A stretch of DNA of 64,000 bases from Eledone cirrhosa (taxonomy: Eukaryota): positions 69,192,001 to 69,256,000 of the forward strand of contig OZ024743.1 in the NCBI GenBank assembly GCA_964016885.1, read 5' to 3'. Position numbers and translations under genes: made by a program. The first letter of the stretch is position 1; every line of letters starts with the position of its first letter. The notes under the pieces were generated by a model that saw only the letters and a program-made list of their open reading frames with translations, ran no database searches and had not been told where the DNA came from. Positions 26,035-40,689 of this stretch are shown here, piece after piece.

Positions 26035-27240
26035 ATTCCCCTGGCGTTAATAAAATGACAAATCTGTGATTATCTTCTCTAACTTGCACATAGGATAGGT
26101 TATAACGAAATTATGGCCAATCCTGAAAAAACTCCAGATTGGTTTGCACAAGGTATAACATATGTCTTGACAATATCGACAGAAATAAATATTGTAGGCA
26201 TGCCTTTTGAACTGTACTAAAAAAAAAGTGGTTTGACTGAAGGTATTTAGCCAACCTTGGAGAATCTTCGAAACAGTAATTAATGCTTCTGTGACGATGG
26301 GAATGACCTTGATCTCAGGACAATTATCATTCTATCTCTTGCTTTCCAATATCATACAAAATATCGAGCTCAATCTTGACTAAGAAAATCTACAACTTTA
26401 TGGATGAACATCATATATTCTATTGAGCAGAGAGATTGTCGCCATGTGTATTACGGGTGCAAAGACCAACTTCTGACTAACCGCATGCTTCTGGAAAACT
26501 GTCATAAAAATTATAGAAATCTGTGTACTGCTTGGATAAGAAAGCATTTCACTGTGATCCCCAAATATGAATTTTGAAATCTATGGATGTTGTGAACATA
26601 TGTCTAGTAATATCAACCATTTTTATTACAGCATACCTACATGGAATATAAATCTATGATTGTCACACAGGTATAGAACTATAAATTTCAGCAACTTAAG
26701 TATTTACTGTGATATTTTTTTAAGGGGATTCATTTTCTCCTTATATTTTGCATTGCACTCACACTGAAGTTTTCAGCGATCAACAAAACAGAATATGGCT
26801 ACAAAATAAACAGCAAAACCATAAATCACCTGTTTTATGTGGATGACTTGAAGCTGTATGCCAAAAGAGAGAACAAATTGTTATGCGATTTCAGGATTGA
26901 AACAGAAATAAAATTAGAATAAAATAGGCCTGACTTGGTGGTTTTTGACAAGAAAAAATTCTTGCGTGATTATAGATGTAGCTTGATCCTTAGACACTAG
27001 AGTGCAAGAAAAGAAGAGGGAGAAATTTAGCCGGTACCAGTATCTAAAGTGGAAACCGAAAAGGATTTAGTACTGTCTTCAGATCAAGGTCGTTCCCATC
27101 GTCACAGAAGCATTAATTACTGTTTCGAAGATTTTCCAAGGCTGGCTAAAGACTTTCAGTCCAGCCACTTTTTTTTTTAGTACAGTTCAAAAGGAAGGCC
27201 TACAGTGAACTGCAAGGACCCTCCGGTATGTCCTGAATAT
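26035..27240 (+). mobile_element. Heavily decayed R4/Dong-like non-LTR retrotransposon (RT plus REL endonuclease)
   Basis: Manual translation PEKTPDWFAQGITY, GCKDQLLTNRMLLENC, INHLFYVDDLKLYAK, NRPDLVVFDK, IIDVA. Many stops and deletions. Confidence 0.8.
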
Positions 27241-27864
27241 ATCCTGCGTTAATGTTCATCAGGGCAATTCTTCCGGTTAAGTAACATCAATGACTGAAAT
27301 ATCACATTCATAATATTTCACTCTGTCACAAGACTGGAGGAAGTGATTTTACGAATTCAATGATTGTTTTGTTTTGTTTAATTTAGTTTCAAGGACACCA
27401 TTTTTTTGAAGGGGGTGAGTTGATCCAATTAACGATGAAAGGTAAAGTTAACCTCGGTGGGCTTATTCGAAGCTATTATGATACTGCCGATCCATTGCTA
27501 TCAGTCCCAGGATAATGAAATACAGAAATTCTCTTGGATGGTTTTGAGCTCAGAATTTGACACGATCAATAATTCTACGTTGTAAAATAAGTTACTACAT
27601 AAGTGTAATGAGCTACAGGTGCCTTCTTTTAAAAACGGAGGTTTTATGTCTAACCAATCAAATAAGTCAAAGTGTATAAAAGAGGGGTGACATAAAAAAA
27701 TGTGTCACATGTTACATATATTGTTACACAGACTATTAACTACAAGTAAATAAGTTCTCTCTCTTTCACTCACTGCCTCCGTCTCTCTCGCTCTCCCCAT
27801 CTTTCACTATCATAAACAGAAATGGGAGGAGGGGGCACGCACTGGTTGCCCCGCGGCCTCTTCT

Positions 27865-28030
27865 GACATAATAGAGGAGGTGTTTCCCCGGGGGATGGTG
27901 TGGTAGACGCGTTGGCAGAGCCATTCCAGCTCGCGAGTTCACACCTATGTGTAGCCTACTCCGTGCCGATGTTGGTTAGTAGGAAGGTGGTCCTGCAGCC
28001 AAGGACACAAAAAGTCCCCATTGCTATGTG
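27865..28030 (-). mobile_element. Second, more diverged CRE-like 3' fragment
   Basis: Colinear similarity to 20765-20925 (TTTCCCCGG, AGCCA.TCCA.CTCGCG.GTTCACACCTA, AGGACAC). Confidence 0.7.
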
Positions 28031-28279
28031 CTTATCCCAGTTTCATCGGCACTCAGCCCCTGAAAGTAGAAGACTCCCACTTCGCTGGACATGACAGAAT
28101 TAACTAACCGCTACCACGGGTACACATGTTCAAAAAGAGTATTGAAACAGTATAAACTAAAGTGTTTTCGCTAGAAACACGATTCCCAAATCGGTCCAAG
28201 AATCAAACCCACAACATTATAATAGTTTATCCAACACCCCACCTCTCAACCACATAATTACATGCCTATAATTATAAAA

Positions 28280-28412
28280 TAATTGTTTCTACTTTTGGCA
28301 CACGGCCAGCAATTATCCCAGGGTATTACTGGTACTTTATTTTATCGACTCCGTAAGGATAAAAGGCAAAGTTAACCTCGGCGGAATTTGCCCTCATATC
28401 ATAAAGGACCGT
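28280..28412 (-). mobile_element. tRNA-derived SINE copy
   Basis: TTTCTACTTTTGGCACACGGCCAGC...TTTATCGACTCCGTAAGGAT...AACCTCGGCGG. Confidence 0.85.
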
Positions 28413-28727
28413 AATATATTATAAAATAATAAAATTAACAAGCCCCCAAATAAGGAAATATACAATCTCTTCTTGTTGGATTTGAGCTCAGAATTCAAAA
28501 GTAAGAAGAGAAGTAGATTGTTAATCGGTCAGGAACGAAGTTTAACGAACTACAGCTGGCTTTTGTGTTTCTCCATAAAAAGAGCGTTTGTGTATCTAAT
28601 CAATGGGAAGCATGATTACACTTTGAAGATTTTGTGTCCTGCAATAAAACTTAAACCACAATTGTTTGTTTTTGTATTTACAGAAATATTATTGCTACTG
28701 TCATTGTATTTGTTACTATTGGTTTTC

Positions 28728-29183
28728 ATGATGACGTTCATGACGGTCATGATGATGGTGATGATGATATTTATTACGATGATGATGGTGATGATGATGA
28801 TGGTGATGACGATGGCGATGATGATGATGAAGTTGATGATGATGGCGAAGATGATATATGATGAGGAAAAACATGATGGTGATAATGATGATGACGACGA
28901 TGACGATGATGACGGTGATGATGATGATGGTGATGACTATGGCGATGATGATGATGATGATGATGATGTCTATGACGAAGATAATGTTGATGCTGATAAT
29001 AGTGATTATGGTTATGATGTTGATGATAAGAATGTTGAAGTTGAGCTTGAGGATGATGATGATGATGATGATGAAGTTGATGTAGGTGATGTAGATGAAG
29101 ATGAAATTGATGATGATGTTTATTTTGTTGATGGTGATGATGATGATGATGATGATGGTGATGATGATGGTGGTGGTGGTGGT
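28728..29183. repeat. Degenerate (GAT)n microsatellite
   Basis: Visible trinucleotide run. Confidence 0.95.
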
Positions 29184-29288
29184 TTTCTTCTTTTTTATTG
29201 TTTGATTTTTATTTATTTAACGAAAAAGAAAATGTTTGCTTGTGCAATAAATCGGGTTAGTAATAATGATGGAGCTATCTCTATCTCT

Positions 29289-29289
<1 letters not shown>

Positions 29290-29335
<46 letters not shown>

Positions 29336-32300
29336 ATACACACACTCCAACACACACTCTCTCCCACCCACTCTCTCAACCACTCCCACTCTCACACACA
29401 CTCTCTCACACATTCTCTCTCTCATACACTCTTTCTCTCACATACTCTCTCTCTCACACATTCTCTCTCTCACACACTCTCTCTCACACACTCTCTCTCA
29501 CACACACTCTCTCACCCACTCTCTCTTTCACACACACTCTCTCTCACACACACTCTCTCACACATTCTCTCTCTCACACACTCTTTCGCTCACACACTCT
29601 CTCTCTCTCTCACACTCTCTCTTTCACACACTCTCTCTCACACACACACTCCCCCTCTCACACTCTCTCTTTCACACTCTCTCTAACACAGTAATACAGA
29701 CACTCTCTCACACACACTCTCTCTCTCACACACTCTCTTTCAGACAGACTTAAACAGACATCTTTTCTCTCATAAACATACAATCTCTTTCGCTCTCGCT
29801 TTATCTCTTTATATATATATATGTAGAGAGAGAGAGTGTGTGAGAGAGAGTTTGAGAGACAGAGAGAGTGTGTGTTAGAGAGAGTGTGTGTGAGAGAGAG
29901 AGTGTGTGTGAGAGAGAGTGTGAGAGAGAGTGTGTGTGAGAGAGAGACTGTGAGAGAGAGAGTGTGAGAGAGAGTGTGTGTGAGAGAGAGTGTGAGAGAG
30001 AGTGTGTGAGAGAGAGAGACTGTGAGAGAGAGAGTGTGAGAGAGAGAGTGTGTGTGAGAGAGTGTGTGTGAGAGAGAGACTGTGAGAGAGAGAGTGTGTG
30101 TGAGAGAGAGTGTGAGAGAGAGAGTGTGAGAGAGAGAGTGTTTGAGAGAGAGTGTGTGTGTGAGAGAGAGTGTGTGTGAGAGAGCGTGTGAGAGAGAGAG
30201 GGAGTGTGTGAGAGAGTGTGTGAGAGAGAGTGTTTGAGAGAGGGTGTGTGTGTGTGAGAGAGTGTGTTAGAGAGAGTGTGATAGAGAGTGTGTGTTAGAG
30301 AGAGTGTGAGAGAGAGTGTGTGAGAGAGAGAGTGTTTGAGAGAGAGAGAGAGAGTGTGTGTGAGAGAGAGTGTGTATGAGAGAGGGTGTGAGAGAGAGAG
30401 TGTGAGAGAGAGAGTTTGAGAGAGAGAGTGTGTGTGAGAGAGAGTGTGTGTGAGAGAGAGTGTAAGAGAGATAGTGTGTGTGAGAGAGAGTGTTTGAGAG
30501 AGAGAGTGTGTGTGAGAGAGTGAGAGAGAGTGTCATACATTTACGCAGACAGTCTCTCACACAATCAGAAACACACACAATATCTCCACCCATCTCACAC
30601 ATTCTCTCTCGCTCTCCTTTTATCTTTGACACACATCTTTCTCTCCCTTACACACACACACACACACACACTTTCTCTCCCTCTCACTCACACACACACT
30701 CACTTTCTCTCCCTCTCACTCACACACACACATGTCTCCCTCTCACTCACACACGCAATTTGTCTCCCTTTCACTCACACACACACATTTCTCCCTTTCA
30801 CTCACGCACACATTTTCTCTCCCTCTCACACACACACACATCTCTCCCTCACTCACACACACACACATCCATCCCTCTCACTCACATACACACATCTCTC
30901 CCTCTCACTCACACACACCCACATCTCTCCCTCTCACTCACACTCATACACACGGCTCCCCCTCTCACTCACACACACATCTCTCCCCCTCACTCACACA
31001 AACATCTCTCCCTCTCACTCACACACACACACACATCTCTCCCTCTCACTCACACACACACACGCATCTCTCCCTCTCACTCACACACACACACACAACT
31101 CTCCCTCTCACTCACCCACACATCTCTCCCTCTCACTCACACGCACACATCTCTTCCTCTCACTCATACACACACACACACTTTCTCTCCCTCCCTCTCA
31201 CACACACACTTCTCTTCCTCTCACTCATACACACACACATCTCTCCCTCTCACTCACATACACATCTCTCCCTCTCACTCACACACACACTTTCTCTCCC
31301 TCTCACTCACACACACATATCTCTCCCTCTCACTCACACACACACATCTCTCCCTCTCACTCACACACACACATCTCTCCCTCTCACTCACCCACACATC
31401 TCTCGCTCTCACTCACACACACACACACACTTTCTCTCCCTCCCTCCCCCACACACAGAGCTCTCCCTCTCACTCACACATCTCTCCCTCTCACTCACAA
31501 ACACACACATCTCTCCCTCTCACTCACATACACACATCTCTCCCTCTCACTCACACACACCCACCTCTCTCCCTCTCACTCACACTCATACACGCATCTC
31601 TCCCGCTCACTCACACACACACATCTCCCCCTCTCACTCACACACACATCTCTCCATCTCACTCACACACACACACACATCTCTCCCTCTCACTCACACA
31701 CATCTCTCCCTCTCACTCATACACACACACACACTTTCTCTCCCTCCCTCTCACACACACACTTCTCTCCCTCTCACTCATACACACACATCTCTCCCTC
31801 TCACTCACATACACATCTCTCCCTCTCACTCACACACACACTTTCTCTCCCTCTCACTCACACACTTATATCTCTCCCACTCACTCACACACATACATCT
31901 CTCCCTCTCACTCACCCACACATCTCTCCCTCTCACTCACACACACACACACACTCACACTTTCTCTCCCTCTCTCCCCCACACACACACAGCTCTCCCT
32001 CTCACACACACATATCTCTCCCTCTCACTCACCCACACGCATCTCCCCCTCTCACTCACCCTCACATCTCTTCCTCTCACTCACACACACACATTTCTCC
32101 CTCTCATGCACACACACACTTTCTCTCCCTCTCACTCACACACACACATCTTTCACTCACACACACACACACACTTTCTATCCCTCTCACTCATACACAC
32201 ACACACCTCACCCTCTCACTCACACACACATCTCTCCCTCTCACTCACCCACACACATCTCTCACTCACACACACACTTTCTCTCCCTCTCACTCACACA

Positions 32301-32400
32301 CACACATCTCTCCCTCTCACTCACACACACACTTACTCTCCCTTTCACTCACACACACACACATCTCTCCCTCTCACTCACACACACACTTACTCTCCAT
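29290..32400. repeat. Compound CT/CA and GA/GT low-complexity tract, including a ~25-bp minisatellite (ATCTCTCCCTCTCACTCACACACAC-like) at ~30650-32400
   Basis: Visible periodicity. The long H/T/L/S ORFs here are artefacts. Confidence 0.95.
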
Positions 32401-33199
32401 GCTCCTCTTCTCGCAAAATCTCTATTTCTATCGTTCTCTCGATGATCCTTTCTCCTCCTTAATCTCTCTTTTCTATTTATCTGGCTTTTCCTCTCTCTTC
32501 CTACTCTCAGTCACTCTCTCTCTCTTGCTTTCTCTATCTCTCTTTCTCGCTCTCTCTGTGGCACTCATCCTTCCCCTCGATCACTCATTATAGGGGATTC
32601 TCTCCCCACCAAACTCACTTCCTACTCTTTCTCTCTCTCTCATTGGGGCTCACCCTTCCCCTCAATCATTCATCATGAGGGATTCTCTCCCCACCATACT
32701 CTTTCCCCATCCCTCTGTCTTATTGCTGTCTAATTTAATCAGACGATCTGTTTGAGAAAGGTTTTGTTTGATTAAGAAGAGGAATTAAACAATTCCGGAT
32801 AACAATTAAAAAATTAAATAACCAAAAAGTAAAGTGCAAAGAAATAAAATTTTGTTTGGAAAACATGGAAACGGATGGTGTTTGTAGACAGCTTTGGCAA
32901 TATTCTAATCTAGTAATCGATCTCAAAGCTATCACGCATGCGTACACTTGCATGTCACTATGATAAGACACGATGACATAATAAATGAAGAAGTACGCCT
33001 ACAGTTGAAACTGAATTGGTTATTGTATCTCACATTTCGATATTCACTCCTATTATCTCCCTTTGCGTCCACCTCTCTACCACTGGCCACGAGTATACAA
33101 GCAGTTGAAATGGGGGTGCGTAGCTCTGAGAACAGAGAGTCACGCTAGGTAGAGCCGCTACTTCTCCGATTTGGAAGATCGCAGCTCCGATGCTATAGG

Positions 33200-33330
33200 C
33201 ATGTGGTTAGAATGTCTCAGGAAAGAGTTGTTGGACAAATTGTACCGGCAAAAGCAACAGGCAGAAGACTATGGCTTCTGACAGGAGAAGCTGGAAGGAG
33301 TGGTTGAGGATTGCCACCACGGCCCTCTCA
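33200..33330 (+). mobile_element. RTE-like LINE 3' fragment
   Basis: AGAATGTCTCAGGAAAG...GCTTCTGACAGGAGAAGCTGGAAGGAGTG shared with 40125-40300. Confidence 0.55.
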
Positions 33331-33435
33331 GGAATAAGTGGCAAAGAAGAAGAATAAGAAAAAGAAGAAGATGGACAACATAATAATAATAATAAAAACA
33401 AAAAGAAGAATACCCCCCCCCCCACACACACACAC

Positions 33436-33483
<48 letters not shown>

Positions 33484-33484
<1 letters not shown>

Positions 33485-34406
33485 TAGCAGTGGTACCGGC
33501 GTTGCACGGGATAAGGTATTTTGGAGCGTGGGCCGCCAACAGACCTAATCGGGAAAAACTGCATGCCTGGACAATATGTAAAGAAAATAAAACGAATACT
33601 CTGATGACTGGATAATCTTTAAGATTTTACTCGATGAAGCAGGAAATATGCAGGTTTTCACCTAATGCGGACCCTAGAGGATCAAGAAAATGAATTTTTT
33701 TAATGAGCATAATATGCCTTGAAATTTCGCGAATATCGGCTAGACGTATCGCAACAAGAAAGCCCTAAAAAGCTGAAGAAATAAAGATTTTCACCTAATG
33801 CGGGCCCTAGGCCATAACGAAGTTGGATTTTCTTTGCTCACGATATGATGAAGAGACTGACTAATACATAGTTACAATTTCAAGGAAATTGGTCTGACGT
33901 AGCGCCTCAAAAAACCCCTAAAAACCTGAAAAAACGTAATTTTTCACCTAAAGCGGGTCCTAGGGGATCAAAAAGTAGAATTTTTTATGTGCATCACACT
34001 TGTTGAAACATAAGTAATACACATGTAAAGTTTGAAAACGATCGGTTGGGTACTTCTAGAGTTTTAGGGATTCAAACTCACAGACACACACACATACACA
34101 CACAGACAGACAATCCTAAGGGAAGTGACGTACTGTAGACAGCCAGACATACAGACAGATATTATAAGGGGGCGAGGTTATATGTATGTATATATCTAAA
34201 AAGAGAAAGACTAAGAATTATAGAGAGAGATTGCTGAATCGCCTAATGCGGTCCCTAGGGCATTGAAAATTTGAAATTGTTTTGCTCAGAACACTCCCTG
34301 AAACATGTATTACATGTGTAAAGTTTGAAAACAGTCGGTTGGGTGTTTCTCAAGTTTTAGGGATTCAAACTCACCCACAAACAGACAGACATCCTCAGTT
34401 TTATAT
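33484..34406 (-). mobile_element. Non-autonomous Helitron
   Basis: Minus-strand 3' end CCCGTGCAACGCCGG...CTAG|T. 5' region matches the 44202-44715 copy. Internal CACCTAATGCGG.CCCTAG repeats. Confidence 0.85.
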
Positions 34407-34411
34407 TTCTC

Positions 34412-34482
34412 GTATAAGTATGTATACGTACATACATATATGTATACAGACGTACAGTATTATGTATATATATACATACATG

Positions 34483-34563
<81 letters not shown>

Positions 34564-35034
34564 GTATGGGTTTACCGAACATTTATTATAATGTTCGGTT
34601 TGTTTGTAAACAAACAGCCCGAATTACGCCGTACAGTGTTCGGCAACCATCGTTGCCCTTTTGTTCAACACTGACAAAGGAACGATGAACTAGTTTCAAG
34701 CTTATCATCTATCGTCAGCATCGTATACCTTCCTGTCAGATGATTGCATGTTTGAAAGTATATACTTTCCTTATGAATATTAACGGCTGAGCAGCCTAAT
34801 TTGCAGATCGAGTGAGTTAGTCAGCCGGGCGTACCGAAAACGATAAATGGAAAAGAATGAAACGAAATTTCATTTCTCACTCTTAGTTCGGCTGATACTT
34901 AAATATAAGTATGTACGTCTGTATACATATATGTATGTACGTATGCATACTTTTATTTAAGTATGTATATATATATACCTACATGCACACATATATATAT
35001 GTACGTATGGGTTTACCGAACATTTATTATAATA
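34412..35034 (-). mobile_element. Family E HHR-bearing unit, second locus
   Basis: Reverse complement similarity to 18760-19206, with partial tandem and small inversion. It interrupts the (TA)n 5' end of the Helitron. Confidence 0.8.
34683..34723 (-). ncRNA. Minimal type I hammerhead
   Basis: cgatg-CTGACGA-tagatgataagctt-GAAA-CTAG-TT-catcg. Perfect stem I, palindromic stem III. Confidence 0.75.
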
Positions 35035-35219
35035 TGTATTCATTAAACAGCGACAGAAGACCATATGAAATTTTACTTTAGAATTTTATTTCCGCACAAA
35101 CACTATATAGCTTGCCTTGGCCCAGCCTTATACTTTGATCATGATGGAAGATTGAGACGATATCATCAGGTGTTATTTGTGGAATTAGACTACAGGATTT
35201 CGCTGAACACAAACAACGC

Positions 35220-35265
<46 letters not shown>

Positions 35266-35351
35266 TGAGGCTACAACGTGAGCCTTGTTGCTCTGGAGTT
35301 TCGCCTGCGCATCACAGAGTCGTCAGACAACAATGTGTCTCTGTGTGTGGG

Positions 35352-35943
35352 TCTATATATATATATATATAATTTTTTGTCTATCTGTGTCTCTTCCTTG
35401 TGCACTCTCAAACGGCTTGACCAAATCAAATCAAATTTTACTAAATAATATTATTAGACAACGGGATTAATATGTAATTCTTATTTTCATTTGGATTAAA
35501 ACTATATAACATTTTAACTTTAAAATATTTTAATAGTTAACTATATATAAACGACATTTTACAAAAACACGACGACGTCACATTTTGTATATGATTGTGT
35601 ATGTGTGTGTGAGTGTGTGTGTGTTTCGGCGTTGGACACGTAGGTTAGGCCTTAGTAAGTTGCATACACATTATCTTCACGTAAATCAGATACACAGATA
35701 ATTAAACACGCACACACATCTACACATACATATACATATGTAGTGACTGCAAAGTATATGTGTGTGCGTGTATGTGCGAATGTATTTGTGTGTGGGTATA
35801 CATACATTTCTATGATAACTCACACGACGAACACAAGCGCTCACACACACACATCCAAAGAATGAGAGAGATATATACACAGAGGGAGAGGCACAGAAAG
35901 AGAGACCCGTTATACAGAGACAGCTACAATGAAAATGTTAGAT

Positions 35944-36021
<78 letters not shown>

Positions 36022-36990
36022 TGAGATTGAAAGAGAGAGTGTGTGTAAGAGAGAGACTGACGTCCCATAAAAGTCTAGAATCGGCTTAAACTATAGATCA
36101 AATATCAGTTGAATGTTTAACAATATTGTGTTAGCTTTTATGAAGTCATTTTAAACCAGTCTTTGATTTTGCAGGACACAGAAAAATGTGATGCTATATG
36201 ATACAATGATGTATATGAATTTAACTTTATGAGGATAGAGTCATGTTATTATTGACATAATTCGGAATATGAGACTGGAAACAGAAAGGTTAAGACAACA
36301 AGAAAGACGATTGCAACTTTCTGAAAGTGTACAGAACCTGAGACAGGAAACAGAAATATTAAGGCAAGAAGAAAGACTATCGCAACAAACAGAGGTTCAA
36401 TATGAAAATCACCAACAGACAATGACAGTTGCGATGCAAATTCGACGAGCACAAACGACTCTTCAAGGCAGAATAAACTGTCTAAGTGCTGCGTTTCCAT
36501 ATTATTCATCGAAGATCTGTAGAAATCATCCTATTAAAGTCATGATTGGATTACACTTGGCATGTCTTGCTTAAGAGGAAAGATCAGACTTCCACTGATA
36601 GAAGACCCTGCAGCTTTTATTCCTATACTGCTTACAGACCATAACAACGAAGCTAAACACTTCAGACACGATGTTATGCGGTATATTGCTGCGTTTCAGA
36701 TGACGTCCTTTGGAGCTGAAAAAGATCATACTGACTATGGTTATTTCACAACATTTAAAATCCAAGGCCAATGCTACCGTTTAATCGGCAGTTTATTCCT
36801 CCAGTCTAATAAGGAAGCTTTATGAATGTTTTTTTCATGTCTCACTCTCCCTTTCTCACTCTCCCCGCCACAAACATATTACGGTCTCACCTCATACTGT
36901 AAACCAGACGACACATCCAATACAGTCGTCTTCTCTTTTATCCGTCTCCTCTCAACTGTTCTCCCGGGCGAAGCCGGGTACCTCAGCTAG
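35352..36990 (+). mobile_element. Internally deleted Helitron with Rep/helicase N-terminal remnant (~36250-36825)
   Basis: CLRGKIRLPLI...AKHF...YIAAFQMTSFGA...TFKIQGQCYRLIGSL. 3' hairpin CCCGGGCGAAGCCGGG then CTAG|T. TCTATATATA 5' end is less certain. Confidence 0.88.
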
Positions 36991-37459
36991 TGTATATATA
37001 TATATATATATATATATGCACAAGTTTAGTAGTGAACCCATTTGTAACTAAGTGGAAACAACAAAGTCACCAAAGTGATGCTTATTATTGTTGTTGTTAT
37101 TGTTGTTGCCGCCATGTTGTCGTTCTTATTGTTGTTTTCTCGTCTTTCTTGATGTTTCTATCTGTTGTTGTTATTGTCGGTTTTTGTTTTGTTTCTCTGT
37201 TGATGTTTTATTTCTGTTGGGGGTGGCAGTGGTGTTGGTGGTGGTGTAATTTTTTGTGGTTGTCTTGTTTATGTTGTTGATGTTGTTGTTGTATGAAAAG
37301 ATTACCAAAAAGTCAATGCCTAATTCCCAATAAACTGTCAGGAATTTAAGCTGGTAGCGAATATGGTTTTACTAGATTGACGTCATTTAGTGTGTGTTGG
37401 TACTGCACTTATATCGGATGTACTTAACGTACTGAATCTGATGCAACGACTGTAAGAGA

Positions 37460-38885
37460 AACAACAACAACAACAACAACACTAGCAGTACTCTGTCCCC
37501 CGCCGCCAACAATAAGGCCGCCACCACTAACAACTCTACCACTTATCCCCACAACAACACCACCAACACAAACAACAACGACACTAGCAGTACTATCAGT
37601 CCCACCGCCAACAATAACATCACCACCACTATCAGCTCTACCACTTACCTTCGCAACAACAACAACAACAACAACAACAACAAAGTCAACTACAACAACA
37701 CTTCCACTATAACCGCCGCCACTAACAACAACAACAATAACGACAACTAAATCAACATTGCCACCATCACCGCCTCCACCAGCAATAACGCCGCCGTCAC
37801 TAACATCGCTACCACTTATCCCACCACCACCAACAACAACAACAACAACACATCTAGCAGTACTGTCTCCACCACCACTAACAGCTCTACCACTTATCCC
37901 CACGACAACAGAAGCAACAGCACTACCAACAACACCACCACCACCACCAATACCAATAACAACAACCACACTAACAGTACACCCTCCACCACCACCAAGA
38001 ATATCACCGCCACTAACAGGTATAAAACTTATGCACACAACAACAACAACAACAACAACGTTACCTAGAAACAGCAACAACTATAGCACTGCCACTAAGC
38101 ATTCACTACACCACCACCACCATCACAAACAATACCACCACGACCACCACCAACAACAACAACTATGGACACAACACCATCATAACCATCACACACATAA
38201 ACACCACCACCACAACCAACACAACCACCACCACCACCACCACCACCACCACAACCAACACCACTACAACCACCACAACCAACACCACCACCACCACCAC
38301 TGCAACCAACACCACCACCACCAGCACAATCAACACCACCACCACCACAATCAACACCACAACCACCACCACCACAACCACCACAACCAACACCACCACC
38401 ACCGCCACCGCAACCAACACCACCACCACCGTCACAATCAACACCACCACCACCGCAACCAATGCCACCACAACCACCACAACCAACACCACCACCACCG
38501 CATCCAACACCACCACCACCACCAAAATCAACACCACTACCACCACCACCGCAACCAACACCACCACCACCGCCACCACAATCAACGCCACCACCACCAC
38601 CACCATCCCAACCAACACCACCACAACCACCATAACCAACACCACCACCACCGCAACCAACACCACCACCACTACCACAATCAACACCACCACCACCACC
38701 ACCACAACCAACACCACTACAACCACCACCACAACCAACACCACCACCGACACCATAACCACTACCACCTCCACAGCCACCACCACCACCACCGCCGCCA
38801 CCACCACCACAAACAACACCACCGCCACCACAAACAACACCACCACCAACACCACCACCACCACCAACAACAACACCACCACTTT
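37460..38885. repeat. Degenerate (CAC/CAA)n low-complexity tract
   Basis: Visible repeats. Poly-H/G/V ORFs are artefacts. Confidence 0.9.
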
Positions 38886-38942
38886 CACAATCCTTCACAC
38901 CTTCTCTATATCCCAAACGCAATCACAACAACTACAACAACA

Positions 38943-39125
38943 ATAATTGTTTCTACGTTTGGCACAAGGCCAGCAATTCACCAGTACATTACTGGTACTT
39001 TATTTTATCGACCCCGTAAGGATGAAAGGCAACGATAACTTCGGCAGGATTTGAACTCAGAATGGCAAGGGCCGTAACTCTATGCGTCAAAGCATGGCGT
39101 CCGACCCTCTACCGATACTGCCAAT
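38943..39125 (-). mobile_element. tRNA-derived SINE copy
   Basis: Same diagnostic segments. Confidence 0.9.
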
Positions 39126-39162
39126 CCGATACAAGAAGCAACAATAACAATAACATAAACGA

Positions 39163-39428
39163 GTTGATGATGATGATGATGGTGTTAATGACGATGGTTA
39201 TGATGTTGATGATGGTGTTGGTGATGATGTTGGTGATGGTGATGGTGATGATGATGATGTTAATGGCGATGGTTATGATGTTGATGGTGATGGTAATGAT
39301 GTTAATGACGATGTTGATGGTGTTGATGTTGATGGTGATATTAATGACGATGGTTAGGATGTTGATGATGATGATGATGATGTTGATGATGATGATGATG
39401 GTTAGGATGTTGATGATGATGATGATGT

Positions 39429-39476
<48 letters not shown>

Positions 39477-39585
39477 CGATGACTAGGATGTTGATGGTGT
39501 TGATGGTTATGAGGATGATGGTGATGGTAATGTTGACGGTGTTAAGGATATTATTATTATTGTTGTTGATGTTGTTGCTGATGTG
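39163..39585. repeat. Degenerate (GAT)n microsatellite
   Basis: Visible run. Confidence 0.95.
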
Positions 39586-39752
39586 GATGGCAACTATTTG
39601 ATTAAGGGGATTTGTTCTGGGGGGGGGGGCTTCGTTCGAGGCTTTGTCCGATCAACACATACGTGTCTCTATCAGTGTGTGTGTGAGAGAGAGCGTGTAT
39701 GTGTATGTGTGTGTGTGCGTGCATATGTGTATATGTGTGTGTGTCTGCCTAT

Positions 39753-39787
<35 letters not shown>

Positions 39788-40121
39788 AGTGTGTGTGTGT
39801 GTGTGTGTGTACGCGTATATGTGTATATGTGTGTGAGTTTTGAAAGATTTGCCTCAAATATTTAATGCTATATAGAAATAGTTAACCCCATAAAGACCCA
39901 CCCATCCCAAATCGCCTCAGTTAACGTGTTTAAATAAACATTCAAATCCTAGACTGAAACCTCATTGGAAATGAAATCTATTATTGTCTTTCAAGAGTTA
40001 AATGTTTTCTTTTATTATTAAGTTGACAGTTATTTCACTAAACATCTCGTAACTCGTGATTGTTTGGATAATTAAAACGCAAAGGCAAAATATACTTTGT
40101 TAAAAATATGTTAGAAATACA

Positions 40122-40300
40122 ATGGTGGTCAGAATGTCTCAGGAAAGAATCGCTGGACAGAAAATAATCGCAATATCAACCGGCAGGAAACCCAGGAGTA
40201 GATCCCGAATGACATGGTTGGATAACATCCATGAGATTGGCTGGTCTTATCAGTTGGAGAGAGTTGCTTCTGATAGGAGCCGCTGGAAGGAGTGTTTAGA
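40122..40300 (+). mobile_element. RTE-like LINE C-terminal fragment
   Basis: VVRMSQERI...GRKPRSRSRMTWLDNI...ASDRSRWK resembles the RTE C-terminal GRP..RW.D...A.DR..W motif. Confidence 0.65.
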
Positions 40301-40689
40301 GACTTTTAATTCAGCAGAATTTGAACTCAATACCTAAATACCTCGATCAAATGTTATATAGAATTTTCTTGGATTATCTACTATTTTGCCAACAGAGAAA
40401 TCAGTAATTATTTGGTTGCATGAAAAGAAAAGCATTCATATTGGAATTAATAATATTTTGAAAGAGATATATGATTAACATCCACATATGACAGAACGAA
40501 TGGAGTGTGTATGTGTGTGGGTGCGTGGAGGAGACACTGAAATAATTTAAATTGGGATTGGTAAATAAGATGTTTATAATGACATAAATTAAAATCAGAG
40601 ATATTAATGAATCTAAAACATCCTGTCGTATATTTTAGGAAGGGCGACCGAAAGATATATTAGATGTAATAGGAGTGAAGAGGAGCTGT

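Noticed and set aside
28473-29753. 426-aa acidic ORF
   Set aside because: Built from (GAT)n and CT/CA repeats
30490-32593. ORFs of 576-687 aa
   Set aside because: Translations of a CT/CA minisatellite, open in all three frames
37424-39601. His-, Gly- and Val-rich ORFs resembling structural proteins
   Set aside because: Trinucleotide low-complexity DNA, open on both strands and running into a SINE
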